DNA of 63,099 bases, the filler included, from Dirinaria sp. TL-2023a (lineage: Eukaryota), in NCBI GenBank assembly GCA_051941275.1. It is 15 parts of 15 records of this genome, joined end to end, with 100 filler letters (N's around TTAATTAATTAA, not from the genome) between each part and the next. Parts side by side here need not be neighbours in the genome. Positions count along the whole stretch, not along the records: positions 46,440 to 50,536 come from JAVEBF010001908.1; positions 50,637 to 54,731 come from JAVEBF010001909.1; positions 54,832 to 58,915 come from JAVEBF010001910.1; positions 59,016 to 63,099 come from JAVEBF010001911.1; 11 more parts are not named here. The stretch is one strand, 5' to 3'. The notes under the pieces were generated by a model. It saw only the letters and a list, made by a program, of their open reading frames with translations, did no database searches and had not been told where the DNA came from. This document shows, in pieces, positions 48,930 through 61,745 of the stretch. A program made the position numbers and the translations under genes. Position 1 is the first letter of the stretch. Each line of letters begins with the position of its first letter.

Positions 48930-49299
48930 CAACCAAGATGGCGTTATCAGATGCGTCGTCAAGCTCGACCAGCCAATCCATCTCAAAGCGCTGGCTCTCG
49001 TCCGTTCCGGCCTTGGCCACAATCTGATTAATCATAAGCTGGCACAACAATTGAACCTAACTCCTTCTGCTACTACAGAGACCCAAATGGACCCTATTAC
49101 TGGTGATGAACCCTACATATACGGCCAGCACACGTTGGAAGTGGTAGTGGCCGATCACGCTGGTGTGGCACGTAATTTCAATATTATGTTTCTCGAAACG
49201 GATCTGGTCGAGGACATGATTTTTGGTCTGGACTGGCTCATGCTTGCGAATCCAACCCTCGATTTTAGGGACAGGTCACTCCATTGGCGTGCGCAATGA
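48930..49299 (+). mobile_element. Retrotransposon-type aspartic protease-like remnant
   Basis: ALALVRSGLGHNLINHKLAQQLNL..DMIFGLDWLMLANPTLDF..LHW resembles the gypsy protease pattern (LIDSGA..N.I; D.ILG..WL...NP.IDW). Confidence 0.6.
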
Positions 49300-49941
49300 C
49301 TGCGACCAAGCTACTTCGAATCCATCCAAAGCTGACAGATCCAAAGAAGCGTCGGGCAAGCATAATCTGGACTTGTGAAACCCCCCTAATCTGCAGAATT
49401 TGTGAGGTACCTCCGAATGGTGCCTCAGAGGTTGATTATTGTACATCAGAGCCTGTCTCTTCAGTGATGCTAGCAATTTGGTGAGCATACTTCACAATCC
49501 GCTGTCTTCTTTCCCGTTCATGTACCAGCCACTGCGTCGGGCTTCTAGTAGATTACCCAATTTTATCCTCGGTTTGGAACTCAATAAAACAAATAGAGAA
49601 ATGTCCCGAAAACTTGTGACTCCTCTCATAACTCCGTGAATCCTGCCATCATTATCGACAACGGCTACAGGTATTCTAAAAAGCGCCTCAAGAAGGAGCA
49701 TGAAACCTACCACATTGCATCATCCTCCAAAGGGTAACAATAATAGCGGCTTGGGACCGATCAACGCGTCGTGATTCTCAAGATTCATCACACAAATAAA
49801 CATCCCACTCCACACCATCATCCAATTTGAGTTAACAGAATCTCTCCTACTCCATCCCAGCACATATCACAATCCTCGCATCTTATCCCGGGCTAGCGCC
49901 CCATCCATTGCCACCATAATAACCATCTAAATATTCCCTCA

Positions 49942-49942
<1 letters not shown>

Positions 49943-49978
<36 letters not shown>
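49943..49978. repeat. Poly(A)36; poly(T)19 at 50057-50075
   Basis: Read directly from the sequence. Confidence 0.9.
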
Positions 49979-49983
<5 letters not shown>

Positions 49984-50984
49984 CATCATCTACAATCATC
50001 TACAATCATCTAAAACACGCACCTTCATTCTTCGAAGCACCGTAGATAGAGTAAGCTTTTTTTTTTTTTTTTTTTGGTAAATTTTATCTTCCACGTACAA
50101 AGTCTTCGCCGAATAATCGTTTGTTATTTAGCCTCTTATGAATTGATACAGTTGACTTCTGTATGACGAGATGTGGTGCGGATAATCTGAACGCTCAAAA
50201 CGAGGCGAGGCGTGAGGGGAATTTGGGGGGCAGGGTTTGAGGATAGTTTTTACTAAGGGATTGTATTTTGAAGAGGAATCGAAGAACGGAAGGATAGAAG
50301 AAGGACGGTGAGTAATGCTGATTTCTAGAGGAAAACTTTTCGAGATAGCTTTGGTTAGTGTTATTTGAGCTTTGATTTTTAAGGTTTTGGAACAGGTGTG
50401 ATGCTAAAGAGAAGAAGTAGAGGTAACATCTCATCTGCAACGATAACGTTGCTATATAGCTTCATCAGAAAATTATTTTTACCAAATCAAAGAACCCCAT
50501 GACTCCCAGCCGAAAACCCCCATAATCCTCTCAAATNNNNNNNNNNNNNNNNNNNNNNNNNNNNNNNNNNNNNNNNNNNNTTAATTAATTAANNNNNNNN
50601 NNNNNNNNNNNNNNNNNNNNNNNNNNNNNNNNNNNNCCTTCACAGCGCTTGATCTTTTTATTTATACCAAAAAAGAAGAAAAAAGATGAGATGAAGACTG
50701 TTTGTTTCTCACTTTCTTTTCTCTTGATTTTTTGATATCAAATTTTTCAGTGTCACTCTTTTTTTCTCGATTCGGTTCGATGTGATTCGTTGTGTTGCGG
50801 TTTTTATCGCCATTAGGGTAGTAATAGTGACGCAGAGATTTTGCGGAAAAAGGTTGAAGGGCAGAATTCGTTGAGCTCAGGTATGCATCTTAGACTCTCT
50901 GGCTCGCTTCGTCGTAGTGAATGAGCTAAGCTTCCCAAGCAGCCGAATTTCCCAGAAAGCGCAACGTCAAGAATACGCCTCGAG

Positions 50985-53925
50985 GTGAAATCCTTCAGAG
51001 ATATTTACAGCAGCGAAAGGAAGGAACTTGCGAATGGATCATTAGATAACAGGCAAGATTATCTCGCATGGCGCGATTCACTTCAGTCATCAGTGATTTG
51101 GCTCCAGGGCATTCCCGGTTCAGGAAAGATAACCCTTGCATCGACTCTAATCGAGTCTCTGCAGAAGCAAGACTATCCTATAGTATTTTTCTATTTCAGT
51201 TATTGGCAATCCTCCAATGTCAAGGCAGCGGTGGCATCCTTGATTAGGCAGATGCACAATTTGATAAATTTGGATTTCGACGATACAGTCCCCGAACGTC
51301 ATGGTGGGTGGATAATTTCCTACAGCAGTGCTTCTCGGGGATTCTCGCATAATTTGACTAGGTTCAACAAGATTTACTGTTGTATCGACGCGCTGGATGA
51401 ATGTGACGACTCAAGAACAGGACTTCTGAGATCTATTAACAATCTCATTCGTTCCCGATCAAGCTGCGTCGAATTTTTCCTCACTGGCCGACTTATCATT
51501 CAACACTGAACATATCATGCCTGAAACCCACATTAGTGGAATACCACATCAATCAACGAAGAAGACGTGAGGGAAATGGTCTCTGAAATGGTTCACTCAA
51601 GGCTGGACTTGATGAAGGAGGACTGTCAAAAACTAGCAGAACACGTGAGAGACAAAGCAGCGGGCATGTTTCTGTGGGCTAAGGTATTTCTGTCAGATTT
51701 TGAGAGTTTTCCATATACTTTTTCTCCAGCTCTTAATGAGGTGTACAGCAGAGCACTTGCGTCCCGCACGAAGAGCATGACATCGTAGGATGTGGAGTTG
51801 CTGTGTGCGGTCCTGAATTGGATCACACTGTCATCGCGCCCACTGAAAGTGGGCGAACTCGTGACAGCTCTAGCTGTAGACCCAGCTGATTCAAGGCTGG
51901 AGGAGACCAAACTGATTGTGGCCCCTCAAAGAAAACCTTTCTCAAGCTGGGAGCTAGGCTTGTCAAAACACTGCCGGACAACTCTCTTGTGTCCGTACAT
52001 CCTTCATTCAACGAGTTCTTAAGTAGCGACAAGGCTCCCAAGCTCATGGCATCGTCGCAACTCAACATTCCAATAAAGAACGAGAAGGCAAACGAGCATA
52101 TGGCGATCACATGCATATCATATCTATCATTTGAACAGTTCACGCGTTCTTATCGTTCTCAGCGCCAGGACACGGTGGGATTCCTAGATTATGCTGCAAC
52201 CTTTTGGTATCGACATGCCATCCGTGCTGGTAAAGCCGCTCTATCTTTGAAGCGGTTATCAAATTCCTACAGTTACCACAAGGCTTTGAATGGCTTGACG
52301 GGCTTCTGGACTGTTTTCAGAAATCTGTCGAAGACCTTCTCGCCGTACAAGCGGAACTATTTCAATGGGCGGATAAGATCGACACCAACAACAATCTCCG
52401 AACTTTGGTTCTGGATCTCTATCGACGACAGGTCACAGAAAATGGAATATGTTCTTCGCACTATCCTTGTGGGAAGTCGGATATATCGTTTAGGTTTGCT
52501 GATGTACTTAAAGCCACAGGAAATCTCAGCGAGGCTCGGACTTTTTGTGAAGAGGTGCTACATGTTGAAATTGTAGGACGCAATACGAGTTCCGCAAGGC
52601 TACGATCGCAAATACACGAGTATGAAATATTTTTGCAGGACCAGAACAACAGTCATATCTTGAATCAGGACGACACTTTCAAAGCTTGGAAATACCTCGC
52701 AGTGGTGTATCGCCAGGAAGGGCGGTTGGTTCAAGCTGCGAAGCTTCTAGCAGAGCTAATTAGGGCGTTGGAACGGACTTTCGGTCCCGGGCATCCAAAT
52801 ACACTCACAAGCAAGCACAACCTCGCATTGATATACAACGACCAAGGTTCTAGAGAGCAGGCAGAATCTTTATTATTGCTATCAGTCGATGCGTTCAATA
52901 ACATTTTTGGCACTGAGAATCCAGACACTCTAAACGTGATGAACGATCTTGATAGTATTTACGTCCGACAAGACCGTTTCGACGAAGCCGAGGCACTCTA
53001 TAGCCGATTGCACGAGATCCGCAGAGCAGTCCTTGGTGACGACCATCCAAGATCTCTTTCGACTTTGCAAAGCATCGCGGATATATATCTTGGTAGGGGA
53101 CAATACGAAGAAGCAGAAAAACGATACGAACAAGCCTTATCGGGGCAGCGCAAATTTTCGGGCTTGGAACATCTACATACTGTTAAGGTGATGAGTAAAT
53201 TAGCCAATGTTTACAAATTAGGAGGGCGGTACCCTGAGGCGGAGACGCTTTATGACTCTGTATTCGAGTTGATCAAGAGAATCCTTGGTGTTCAACACCC
53301 ATATACTCTAAAGGTAATGAATGAGTGATCTAGCCAGCTTATATGTCCTACAAGAACGGTACGATGAAGCGCAGCACCTTTATACAAGGACGCTTCACCA
53401 GCAGGGGGACTCGTATCTGCCAACGCATCCAGTAATCTTAGAGACATTGGATAAGCTGGGTTCTGTATTGGAAGAACAATCCGCGCGAGAATGCTCACAT
53501 GCTAAGCTCGTAGAAGCAGAGAAAATTTACTGACGCGCTTTAACAAAAAAGAAAAAAAACTTTAGATGTCAATCATCCATCTACTCTCGAGACTCTGAAC
53601 AAATTTTGCCGGTCTCTATGCTAAACGGGGCAAACTAGTACAAGCTGAGGAGATGTACCGACGGGCACTTGAAGGAAATGTGAAAACTTTGGGTTCTGAG
53701 CATGCATCTACTCTCGGCATCATTAATAATTTGGCCAATCTCTATGCTCAGCAGGGCGAGACGGCCCAAGCTAAGGTCTTTTATCATCGGGCAGTGGACG
53801 GATATGAGAAGCTCAAAGGCCCAGATCATCCGTCAGCGATGCAGATTCGGGAGAAGCTTGTTGTTGGAAATCATCCTTACCATAGGTTGCATGATACCAT
53901 AGGTTGCACGATGTTTGCATGCTAG
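50985..53925 (+). pseudogene. NLR-like NACHT-TPR gene disrupted by stops and frameshifts
   Basis: WLQGIPGSGK (Walker A), CIDALDEC (Walker B), AAGMFLWA, SSRPLKV.EL..ALA, FLDYAA..W and many G.xHP.TL TPR repeats. Split over at least 7 ORF fragments. Confidence 0.88.
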
Positions 53926-56900
53926 ATAGATTTCTTTGATTTCTTTCATTATCTTTGTCATTTGGCAACCAGGTAGGCAAACACCTAGTAATGCCTATAT
54001 AGGCACCTGGTTGTGACCTCAGATAGATTTGAATAGTCAATGCTATTTCCAACACTTGTTGCACTTGAGAAACAATAATTCACATTCTGGGGACTGTGAA
54101 GTCCTTGGGATCGCTCAGAGTGCAAAACGAGATCTGTGGAATCCTCGATCTCAAATCCTGCCGAATTCACGTACCTTATATATGATATGTAATTTCATGG
54201 ATTGTTACGATAGCTCCCAATGTATGATACTGTATAATTCATATCATTTCTCTTCAATCACGCATCTTCTAAAACTCTTCACTTCTCATCCTAATTCCTA
54301 CTCCTATTTCTCCGCTTGGAACCTCGAACGCTTCTGTGGCGACAGTAAATCATGGCATTGGTTCGAAGAAAAATTTCTCCTCGAGTACAGGGTTTAGATT
54401 CCACGATTCTCACTCTAGAGCTCGAACGAAATACCCTACTAAACCTTCTTCCACCAGCATGTTGCCGTAACCCTTTCACTCTTTTCACCAGCGCTTGTCT
54501 GCTACCCTATCCTATCCCTCCATCCCCACATCGAAAGTCTGAAAGTCTGAAAGATATCTGAATTCAGATAAATGAAATCCTGGGCAGCAAAAAGCCAGAG
54601 GGATAGTCAAACAAAAAAGAGTAGATGCCTCTCTCTGTTCAATAGAAATCCATCTTCCACCAACCGCAAATATCTTCTCAATCCCAACCAAACCCCCTCC
54701 GGGCCACCTATTAAAAAAAAAGAATGAAAAGNNNNNNNNNNNNNNNNNNNNNNNNNNNNNNNNNNNNNNNNNNNNTTAATTAATTAANNNNNNNNNNNNN
54801 NNNNNNNNNNNNNNNNNNNNNNNNNNNNNNNCTCTTGGACGCTAGATCTAATCGGGAAATCAAACTTCTCTTGCAATTTCTCCGCCGCACTTTTATACTT
54901 GATTTCCAATTCAACTCGAAGAGACGACGTTGACGCGAGCGAGTCTCGTTCGAATAAGCCAGCTTTGTTCGATAAAGTGAAGACACTGATCGAGACTTTC
55001 TTGTCTAGTTTAAATGATCGATTTGAAAAATAAACTCGACATTTTTGTTTCTAGAATGATGAGCTGCAATCGCCGACAACGATACTTTACTCATATCATC
55101 ATTCGAATGAATTGCAACTTTCAAAAATTCATCATTCATGTTTGTACTGTGCATTCGAGCAGCTCTGACAAAAAAACGTTTTAAAATCAAATCATGATTC
55201 GATTTAACTACGACAAAAATAAAAACAGTAACAACAGCATTTTCGATAGAGATTTAGACGTCATCACAAATCTCTATAAAGCAGACTCGATTCTCAGTGA
55301 TCGCAACAAATGAAATTGCCGTTCTCTTACGAACAGACAATTCGATCTCGTAAATCAACTTCTGAGTCATGCAATTGATCTTCGCGTCACTGTCAAGAAG
55401 CTCACGCGTTTTTACATCTTCAATGCACATCGATATAATAGAGCAAACAATTGCGAACAGCTTGTCGTTTCGAAGCGAAGCAATTCTAGCTACAGTGTCG
55501 TTAAGATCAATCGACTTTGTAGAAAAAAAACTCAACGAGTTAATTTTAATCTCTCGAGCTGAGTTCGATTTCTTGATACTAAACAGCTTTTCTATCTCGT
55601 TATCACTCATATCTCGAAAGAAAGAACGTTTCAAATTCGAAATTAGATCTAGCAAGTTCATGACCGTTACGTCTATTTTTGTTTTCAATAGTCGACGTGT
55701 GATGATCTTCGAGTTCGCTCTTTTCTTGACAAAATGAATCATTTTTTTGTTCTTTTCTTGTTTGACACTGCCATCGCTTCTCTTTTCGTTCAGAATTGAG
55801 TTAGCTTGTTTGAGTTTCTGAAGTTTGATCGCACGCGTGTCAGAGTTCAACGCTGCCGCTTTCAACATGAATACGTTCTCACTCAAGTGAAGAGATTGCT
55901 CTGAATTCTCTTCTAGAATCGAAGTCTGATAGTTGTCAGAGCGAAAGTTCTTGATCTTAGATAGAGTCTTTTCTTGTTTGAATCTGTTTTTAAGAATGCG
56001 AGCGAAACGTTCAATAAACGAGCGTCAGAGAGCTTTGCGGAATTTCGAATCGCTTTTCTGTCTCGCGGATCGAATCTCTATCAGCATCTCGTTCTCATCA
56101 AATTCTTCATCTTCAGATGAGTCGTCGTCTACACGCAAGATCTGAACTTTAATCTGTTCGATGCTTTGTTGTTGCAGACAGCGCTCAATGACATTTTTGT
56201 GCGTTAGCTCTCTGATTAGTAACGTTTTCGTCTTTTTTAGATCAGCACGTTCGTAACATCATCTTTCGACTTCATTACGATGTATTTTTTCGTTTGTCAT
56301 TCAAAAATTCATGATCGAACACTCTCGTTTTCGATGATTCGAAATATCGCAGAAATAGCAATCACTAGAATCTAATTGAAATGATGTCGATTCATGCATC
56401 TGAATTGAAATCGAGTGATCGTCTTTCGCTGTGTTGACATGAACATGAATAGCTGGAAAAATCGAGTTCAGAGAAATTTCAGAGACGAGTACATACGATT
56501 TTATGATGTGTGAACGATTCTAATTCTCTCGACGAACAATTCGAAGAATTTTTTCTTCGCTTAGATCACGCAAAGCATTAAATTTTAAATCTTTCATGAT
56601 CTTGAAAAGATTATCGATTGTCGTTTTCGTTTTTTTCGTAGTCGTGTATGAGACGTTAATCACTGAAGATGCAAACGCTGTTATCGCGTTCAACGACTTG
56701 ACGATTGATCGATTGAATTGACACATGTTCGCTAAAGTACTGAGATTCTCGACAGTCTAACGACTGAACTCAAGTTTTTGCATGATAATGCTGATTTCTT
56801 GCATCGCGATGACTGTTTCATATAGAGTCGAAAATTTCATGATTTTTGAATCGAACAAATCGACAGCATGCTTCTTCATCATCTTCAAGCGAATATTCTC

Positions 56901-58520
56901 AGAAAGACTCTGCAAATATCAACGACAACAGTTATATTTCGAAAGCTGATCAAGAGCATTGAGTTTGATAACAATGCTGCGAAACTGTCGACTGTACACG
57001 CGAAGATCATCTTTTTCGATGCGGGATTTACTTTTGAAGATTTTCAAAAAATGAAAAAAGTTCAGTTTCTGATTCATGTCATTCATTTCATATTTCTTCT
57101 TCATCATTTTTATTAGCTCGTTTCATTTCTGATTGATTCAAACAAATAGAGTCTTGACAAAATTGTCAATTAATTTCTCACAGTAGCGAGGGAATTTCTT
57201 GAATCGCTTCGACATCTTCACACAGTGCTTCTGACATTGCTTTTCGAATCGTTCAAGAAACTCGATCACATTATGATCATCAAAATAGAAAGCATCAGAG
57301 CACTCAAAAAAAGACATCGATATCATGTATCGACCGAGAGAGACAAATCTTTGAGTCGCAGCTTCAACAGAAGTCTGAGCAGAGACATCGTTATCGATAT
57401 AAGTAGACAGAGAAAACGTAGTCGAAGTTCTCTCAGCAGAAGACGAATTCTGACTGAATGTTTCTTGTTCGGACATTTTCTCTAGTCGAAAGAAGCGATA
57501 GACAACAGCGAGAGATAAAACTGTAAAAGCTAACAAAAAGAAAAGAAAAATTAGACAACAAGTGGCAAGAGCAAAAAAGATTATGTAAACTGTGTTTGTC
57601 GATGATACGACGATGCTAAAATGCTGACAGCAGAGATAATGAATTAATTTTAAGAGGCGCTCTTCTTTTGACTGATCAGAAGATCGTTTTTTATACTTCT
57701 TTGAGACATCTGCTTCGACTGTCTTCTTTCTTTCGCATTCGAAACTTTCTTATCTTGAACTTTTTCATCTCGAACTTTCTCATCTTGAGAGTCCAGCGAT
57801 TCCATTGAATGAGCTTTCTCTTTTCTTTGCTCGTGTCGATGGTCTAGATCTGAAAGCAGAGCGCCACAGTGGGCCTTCAAGAAGCTTTGAACATTTCTCT
57901 TTCTCATCATCTTGAGAATAAAACATGACGATTTTCTAAATTCTTCTCTTTCTTTTTCGTAATAAACTCAACGAGAGTCAATGCGACTTCGTCGCTTGCA
58001 ATTAGCGTCGTTCGAGCGTCGACAGCTTGTATAGACTAGTCCTCGAATGAGTATAATTTTCGTCTGCAGAGTCGCGTCAATCAGTCTCGCGACTCTGAAC
58101 AGCAGGCTCGAAGCCCCGTTATTTGATTTTCAGCTTTCTAACTCGTCGATGTATCTCGATGTCTTCGCAATTTGCTTCAAGAGTCTCAATTTTCGCTTTT
58201 CGATGATTTTATGAGATCAAATCGACTTCTCTCTTCTTTTTAGTGAGAGTCATCAATTCTCTGAAAATTTGTTTTCTTAATTTTATCTATTCTAGATTTC
58301 TAATTTCGAGATTTAACTGTTCTAATTGCTGTTTTTCAATTCTTTGCTGTTCAAATTCTTAACTCTTTAAATTTCTATTTCTCGAGTTTGTATCTTGATA
58401 TCGATATCGAGATATGCTTATTAAAGTTCGATTGCGTGCAGATTTTTTCTCAGTTGCTTTGAACAGAGACAATGAGCTTCGATATGATCTCTAGATGCTT
58501 CGTTTGTAGAGTAATCGATG

Positions 58521-58533
58521 ATTGAGCTCCAAA
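58521..58533 (-). promoter_or_regulatory. Putative primer-binding site
   Basis: The minus strand reads LTR-CA, then TT TGGAGCTCAAT; TGG is complementary to tRNA CCA. Confidence 0.55.
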
Positions 58534-58773
58534 TGTGAGAAAATAAAATAGAGATTCTATACTCTATACACTAGACAAACGTAGAGAGTGATCTGACATC
58601 AATGCATGCTTCAATGACCCGAGAAAAAAGATTTGTACAGATCACTTGTATAAATGCTAAAAGATGCCGTCTCTAGATACAAAGAAAGAAGCTAGATATA
58701 TGCGGCGGAGGACCGCCGCACGTGACTATCAAGCCAACCACTACCTAGGCCATGCGAGGTCTACTCGCCCACA
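58534..58773 (-). repeat. 5' LTR (240 bp)
   Basis: Same length and termini as 3660-3899; internal GC hairpin TGCGGCGG-N4-CCGCCGCA next to a TATA-like run. Confidence 0.92.
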
Positions 58774-60182
58774 CTAGTACTCATAGAAAAGAGTCGACTC
58801 TATGTCGATCTCATCGTAGCTATCGCGAGACGACTACGATGTGAACAGCAAGAAGCTGTTCATCTTCATCACCATTTTTCTTCGTCTCTTCTCCCTCGTC
58901 GCTCGCCTCGTCTTCNNNNNNNNNNNNNNNNNNNNNNNNNNNNNNNNNNNNNNNNNNNNTTAATTAATTAANNNNNNNNNNNNNNNNNNNNNNNNNNNNN
59001 NNNNNNNNNNNNNNNCAGCTATCGGATTAAGCAACATGAAGCTGTTCTTGCATTGCTTCACAGCTATCCCCCTGCGGGGCGCCCGTTTTGGGTGCAGCCT
59101 GTTTGCACCAGCCTGCAAGCCCAGGGTTCTCTGGTGGTGCGCTAACAAGAGTGTTCTGAGTTGCTCACAAGTAACGAAAACCGTGCCACTCGTCTCATAT
59201 CGTTGTGCGTGAGTGTATGCTCAGAACCCTCGAGAACGAGAAGGAAATATTTCCTGGTGGGGGGAGGGGGAGTTGGTCATCCGCCGGTTGCCCGAATTGC
59301 CCGAATTGCCCGATACGGTAACACACCTCGCGAAAAAAGAAGGCGTCAAGCGCGCGGATCATAGATAACGCTACCTTATCTCAGACTCGAGCCTAACCAA
59401 GCTTTACCTGTATCAGAGTCGCAGACTCAATCCTTCCGCACGAATTATGTGGACGAATTTTCCGACTCGATAGCGTTGCATATGTAAAGTATGCACCTCT
59501 CATTTAGGCCCAAGAATCTTTGGTTCGAGAGCTTACTAAAAGACTATGCAAATGACATGGCTATCACTCAGCATTTGCCAGGGCCTGCCGCGCAAGAGTC
59601 AGCACACTTTATGCTCCATGCATGAAATCTTGATCATTGCCTGATATGCCGCGCATTCATTGGTGTTCACATCTTCTTATCGCGAGCCTTACAACGATGA
59701 TGATTCGTTCCCGATCCCAGAGGAGGTACACGTCGAAGCATATGAGAAAGTATCCGAGCGACCAGGTCGGGCACATTTTTCGTCTTACTCCTGGCATATG
59801 CCTGCATTAGACAGTCGAGATCTTCGCATATTCATGCAGCCGTGCCAGATGAAATTTTCTTCTGACTGAGAGCCTTGACATTTCAGAGGCGCCCACCATT
59901 TCTCAGTCTCCATCTGATCCCTGCTATACGATGTGTTTTTTATTTCAAGGCATCGCTGCGTAGGGAAAAAAGGCACGGGTGCTGCTTTTGAGCATACATG
60001 ACTTTGTGATCGGAACATCCATCTCCCATTTTCTTTGCCTTATGTAGCTGACCCCTCACCAAACTATTTGAGGAGACGCAATCGCCTTCCATAGTTGTCA
60101 GAGCTTTTTACTCTCAAAGCATCGCCTGGTTGCAGCTACGAGTCGCTTCTGCTTAAGCTACATACCTCGGCCTTCCACAGTC

Positions 60183-61745
60183 ATGTGGAGCCCCCCTGAG
60201 TCCCTAGCGAGTCTCCCACCTAGTATTCTGATCAACCTGCCGGGAATGAAGCCCCCGGAAGGTTTAAAAAGTAATTTTGCTAGTCCCGAGAACAATAGCC
60301 ATGTGTTCAATCCAGTTGCAACCTTTTTACTGTGTCTCACGATCATCTTCTTTGCGATCAGGGTCTACACGAAGACAGTGATCGTTCGCAGAGCAAGCTG
60401 GGATGACTGTAGGTGACTTGAAAGCTTTATCAGGTCGTCGGAGTGCGCTAACAGCGACAATAAGTAACTTGCACTATTGGATTTGTAAGCTTTCAGTCAA
60501 CGTATTGACATTAGGTTGACAAGCTATAGCTAGGTTCTGTTGCCGTCTTTGTTGTCTGCTTCTGGGGTACCGAAAACTTATGCCTGTTTCATCGCAACCT
60601 AACAAAACTTCGACAGGTGTAAACAATGGCCCTAATGGGAAACATCAATGGGATGTAAATTTACTCGATCTCATGAACAGGACTTGCATCATAGTGAGCT
60701 TTCTAAACACTATTTCAACACACATCAGGCCCTTAACTGCTTCCAGCTTAATTATCTCGAAACCGTTCTCGCCCCTTCAACCTTTCTTTTCATCAAACTA
60801 TCCTTCTTTCTGTTCTATTATCAAGTTTTTAAGCCACTTAGATGGCTTCGAGTCTCTGTCTATATCGGCGCAACATTAACATGTGCATTTTACGGAGCCA
60901 CTACCATTGCAGGATTTGTATTTACAACTCCCAGACCAGGACAGTCATGGATTGAGGATTTCCTTTCTCAAAGGTATTCAAGATCATTTGGACTGGCTGT
61001 GCCATCATCAGCTATTGGTTTGGGCATCGACATTGTTCTTCTGGCCCTGCCCATAGGCGCTATCTTGCGACTACAGTTGCCCACTAAACGGAAGATTGGA
61101 ACTCTAAGCATTTTTGCATTCGGCGTTCTGTAAGGCCTCCACAATTCTCAAAATAGGAATTTTCTAAGTTGTCACTAGGGCTTGCATTGGGTCAATCCTC
61201 AGCATCTACTATCGGGTTATCGCAGGACGTAGCTTGGACTTTACGTGGACCGTCCTGTATGTTGAACTCGTAACGTAAGTATTATGCCATTCGTTCCATA
61301 ACAGATTGCTTGCTTAGCTCGAGCTAGACTTTTAGAGATGGACATCGGAATTTTGTGTCTTTGTTTGCCTGCTTTCTCAATGCTCCTACATCATCTTTCA
61401 TCTCTTGACACCCTTCGTTCTTTTTATCACACGAGCCTCAGCAAGCTTCGATTCGGGAGGTCCGGAGGAACGATTGGAAGTTCCAAGCTTACGCAACCCT
61501 GTGGTCGAGCTCATTCCGCGGTTTTGGAACAACATCAAGGTCCATACTTTCATATGGACAGTCAGCTTCCTCAGCCTCGAGATCTTGATCCCTATGCGAC
61601 TTACGAACTTGGACAATTAAAAAGCGTTCAGACCTTCATTCGAAGAGGAGGCGAAAAGGAAGTATCGGACGATAAGATTCATCTCAGACATGAGATTGAG
61701 CAGCAGCAAAACATTGTGCTTGATAAGAAAGACCCCACACGTTAG
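60183..61745 (+). CDS. PTH11-like/rhodopsin-domain membrane protein
   Basis: PGMKPPEGLKSNF, IRVYTK..SWDD, GKHQWDV, IKLSFFLFYYQVF, DIVLLALPI..LQLPTKRK and EMDIGILCLCLP. Confidence 0.88.

Larger units (their letters stand above)
54832..58773 (-). mobile_element. Ty3/gypsy LTR retrotransposon, 5' part (LTR, gag, protease), RIP-like mutated
   Basis: Gag-like FYFDDHNVIEFLERFE, zinc knuckle CYFCDISNHRKREC (56319-56360), protease LLDSDAKINCM (from DSG), LTR at 58534-58773. Confidence 0.88.

Noticed and set aside
49943..50075. Poly(A) and poly(T) as a retroposon tail or hairpin
   Set aside because: No TSD or element body; homopolymers are common throughout these contigs.
3660..58773. Two same-orientation LTRs apparently bracketing a 55-kb giant element (or one Starship carrying all these genes)
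   Set aside because: They lie on different size-sorted contigs, and the first has its own TSD as a solo LTR.
4153..59015. Regularly spaced TTAATTAATTAA repeat every ~4.2 kb
   Set aside because: Artificial linker embedded in Ns; not a CRISPR array or biological repeat.
59288..59313. TTGCCCGAA x3 tandem repeat
   Set aside because: Short minisatellite without spacers or supporting context.
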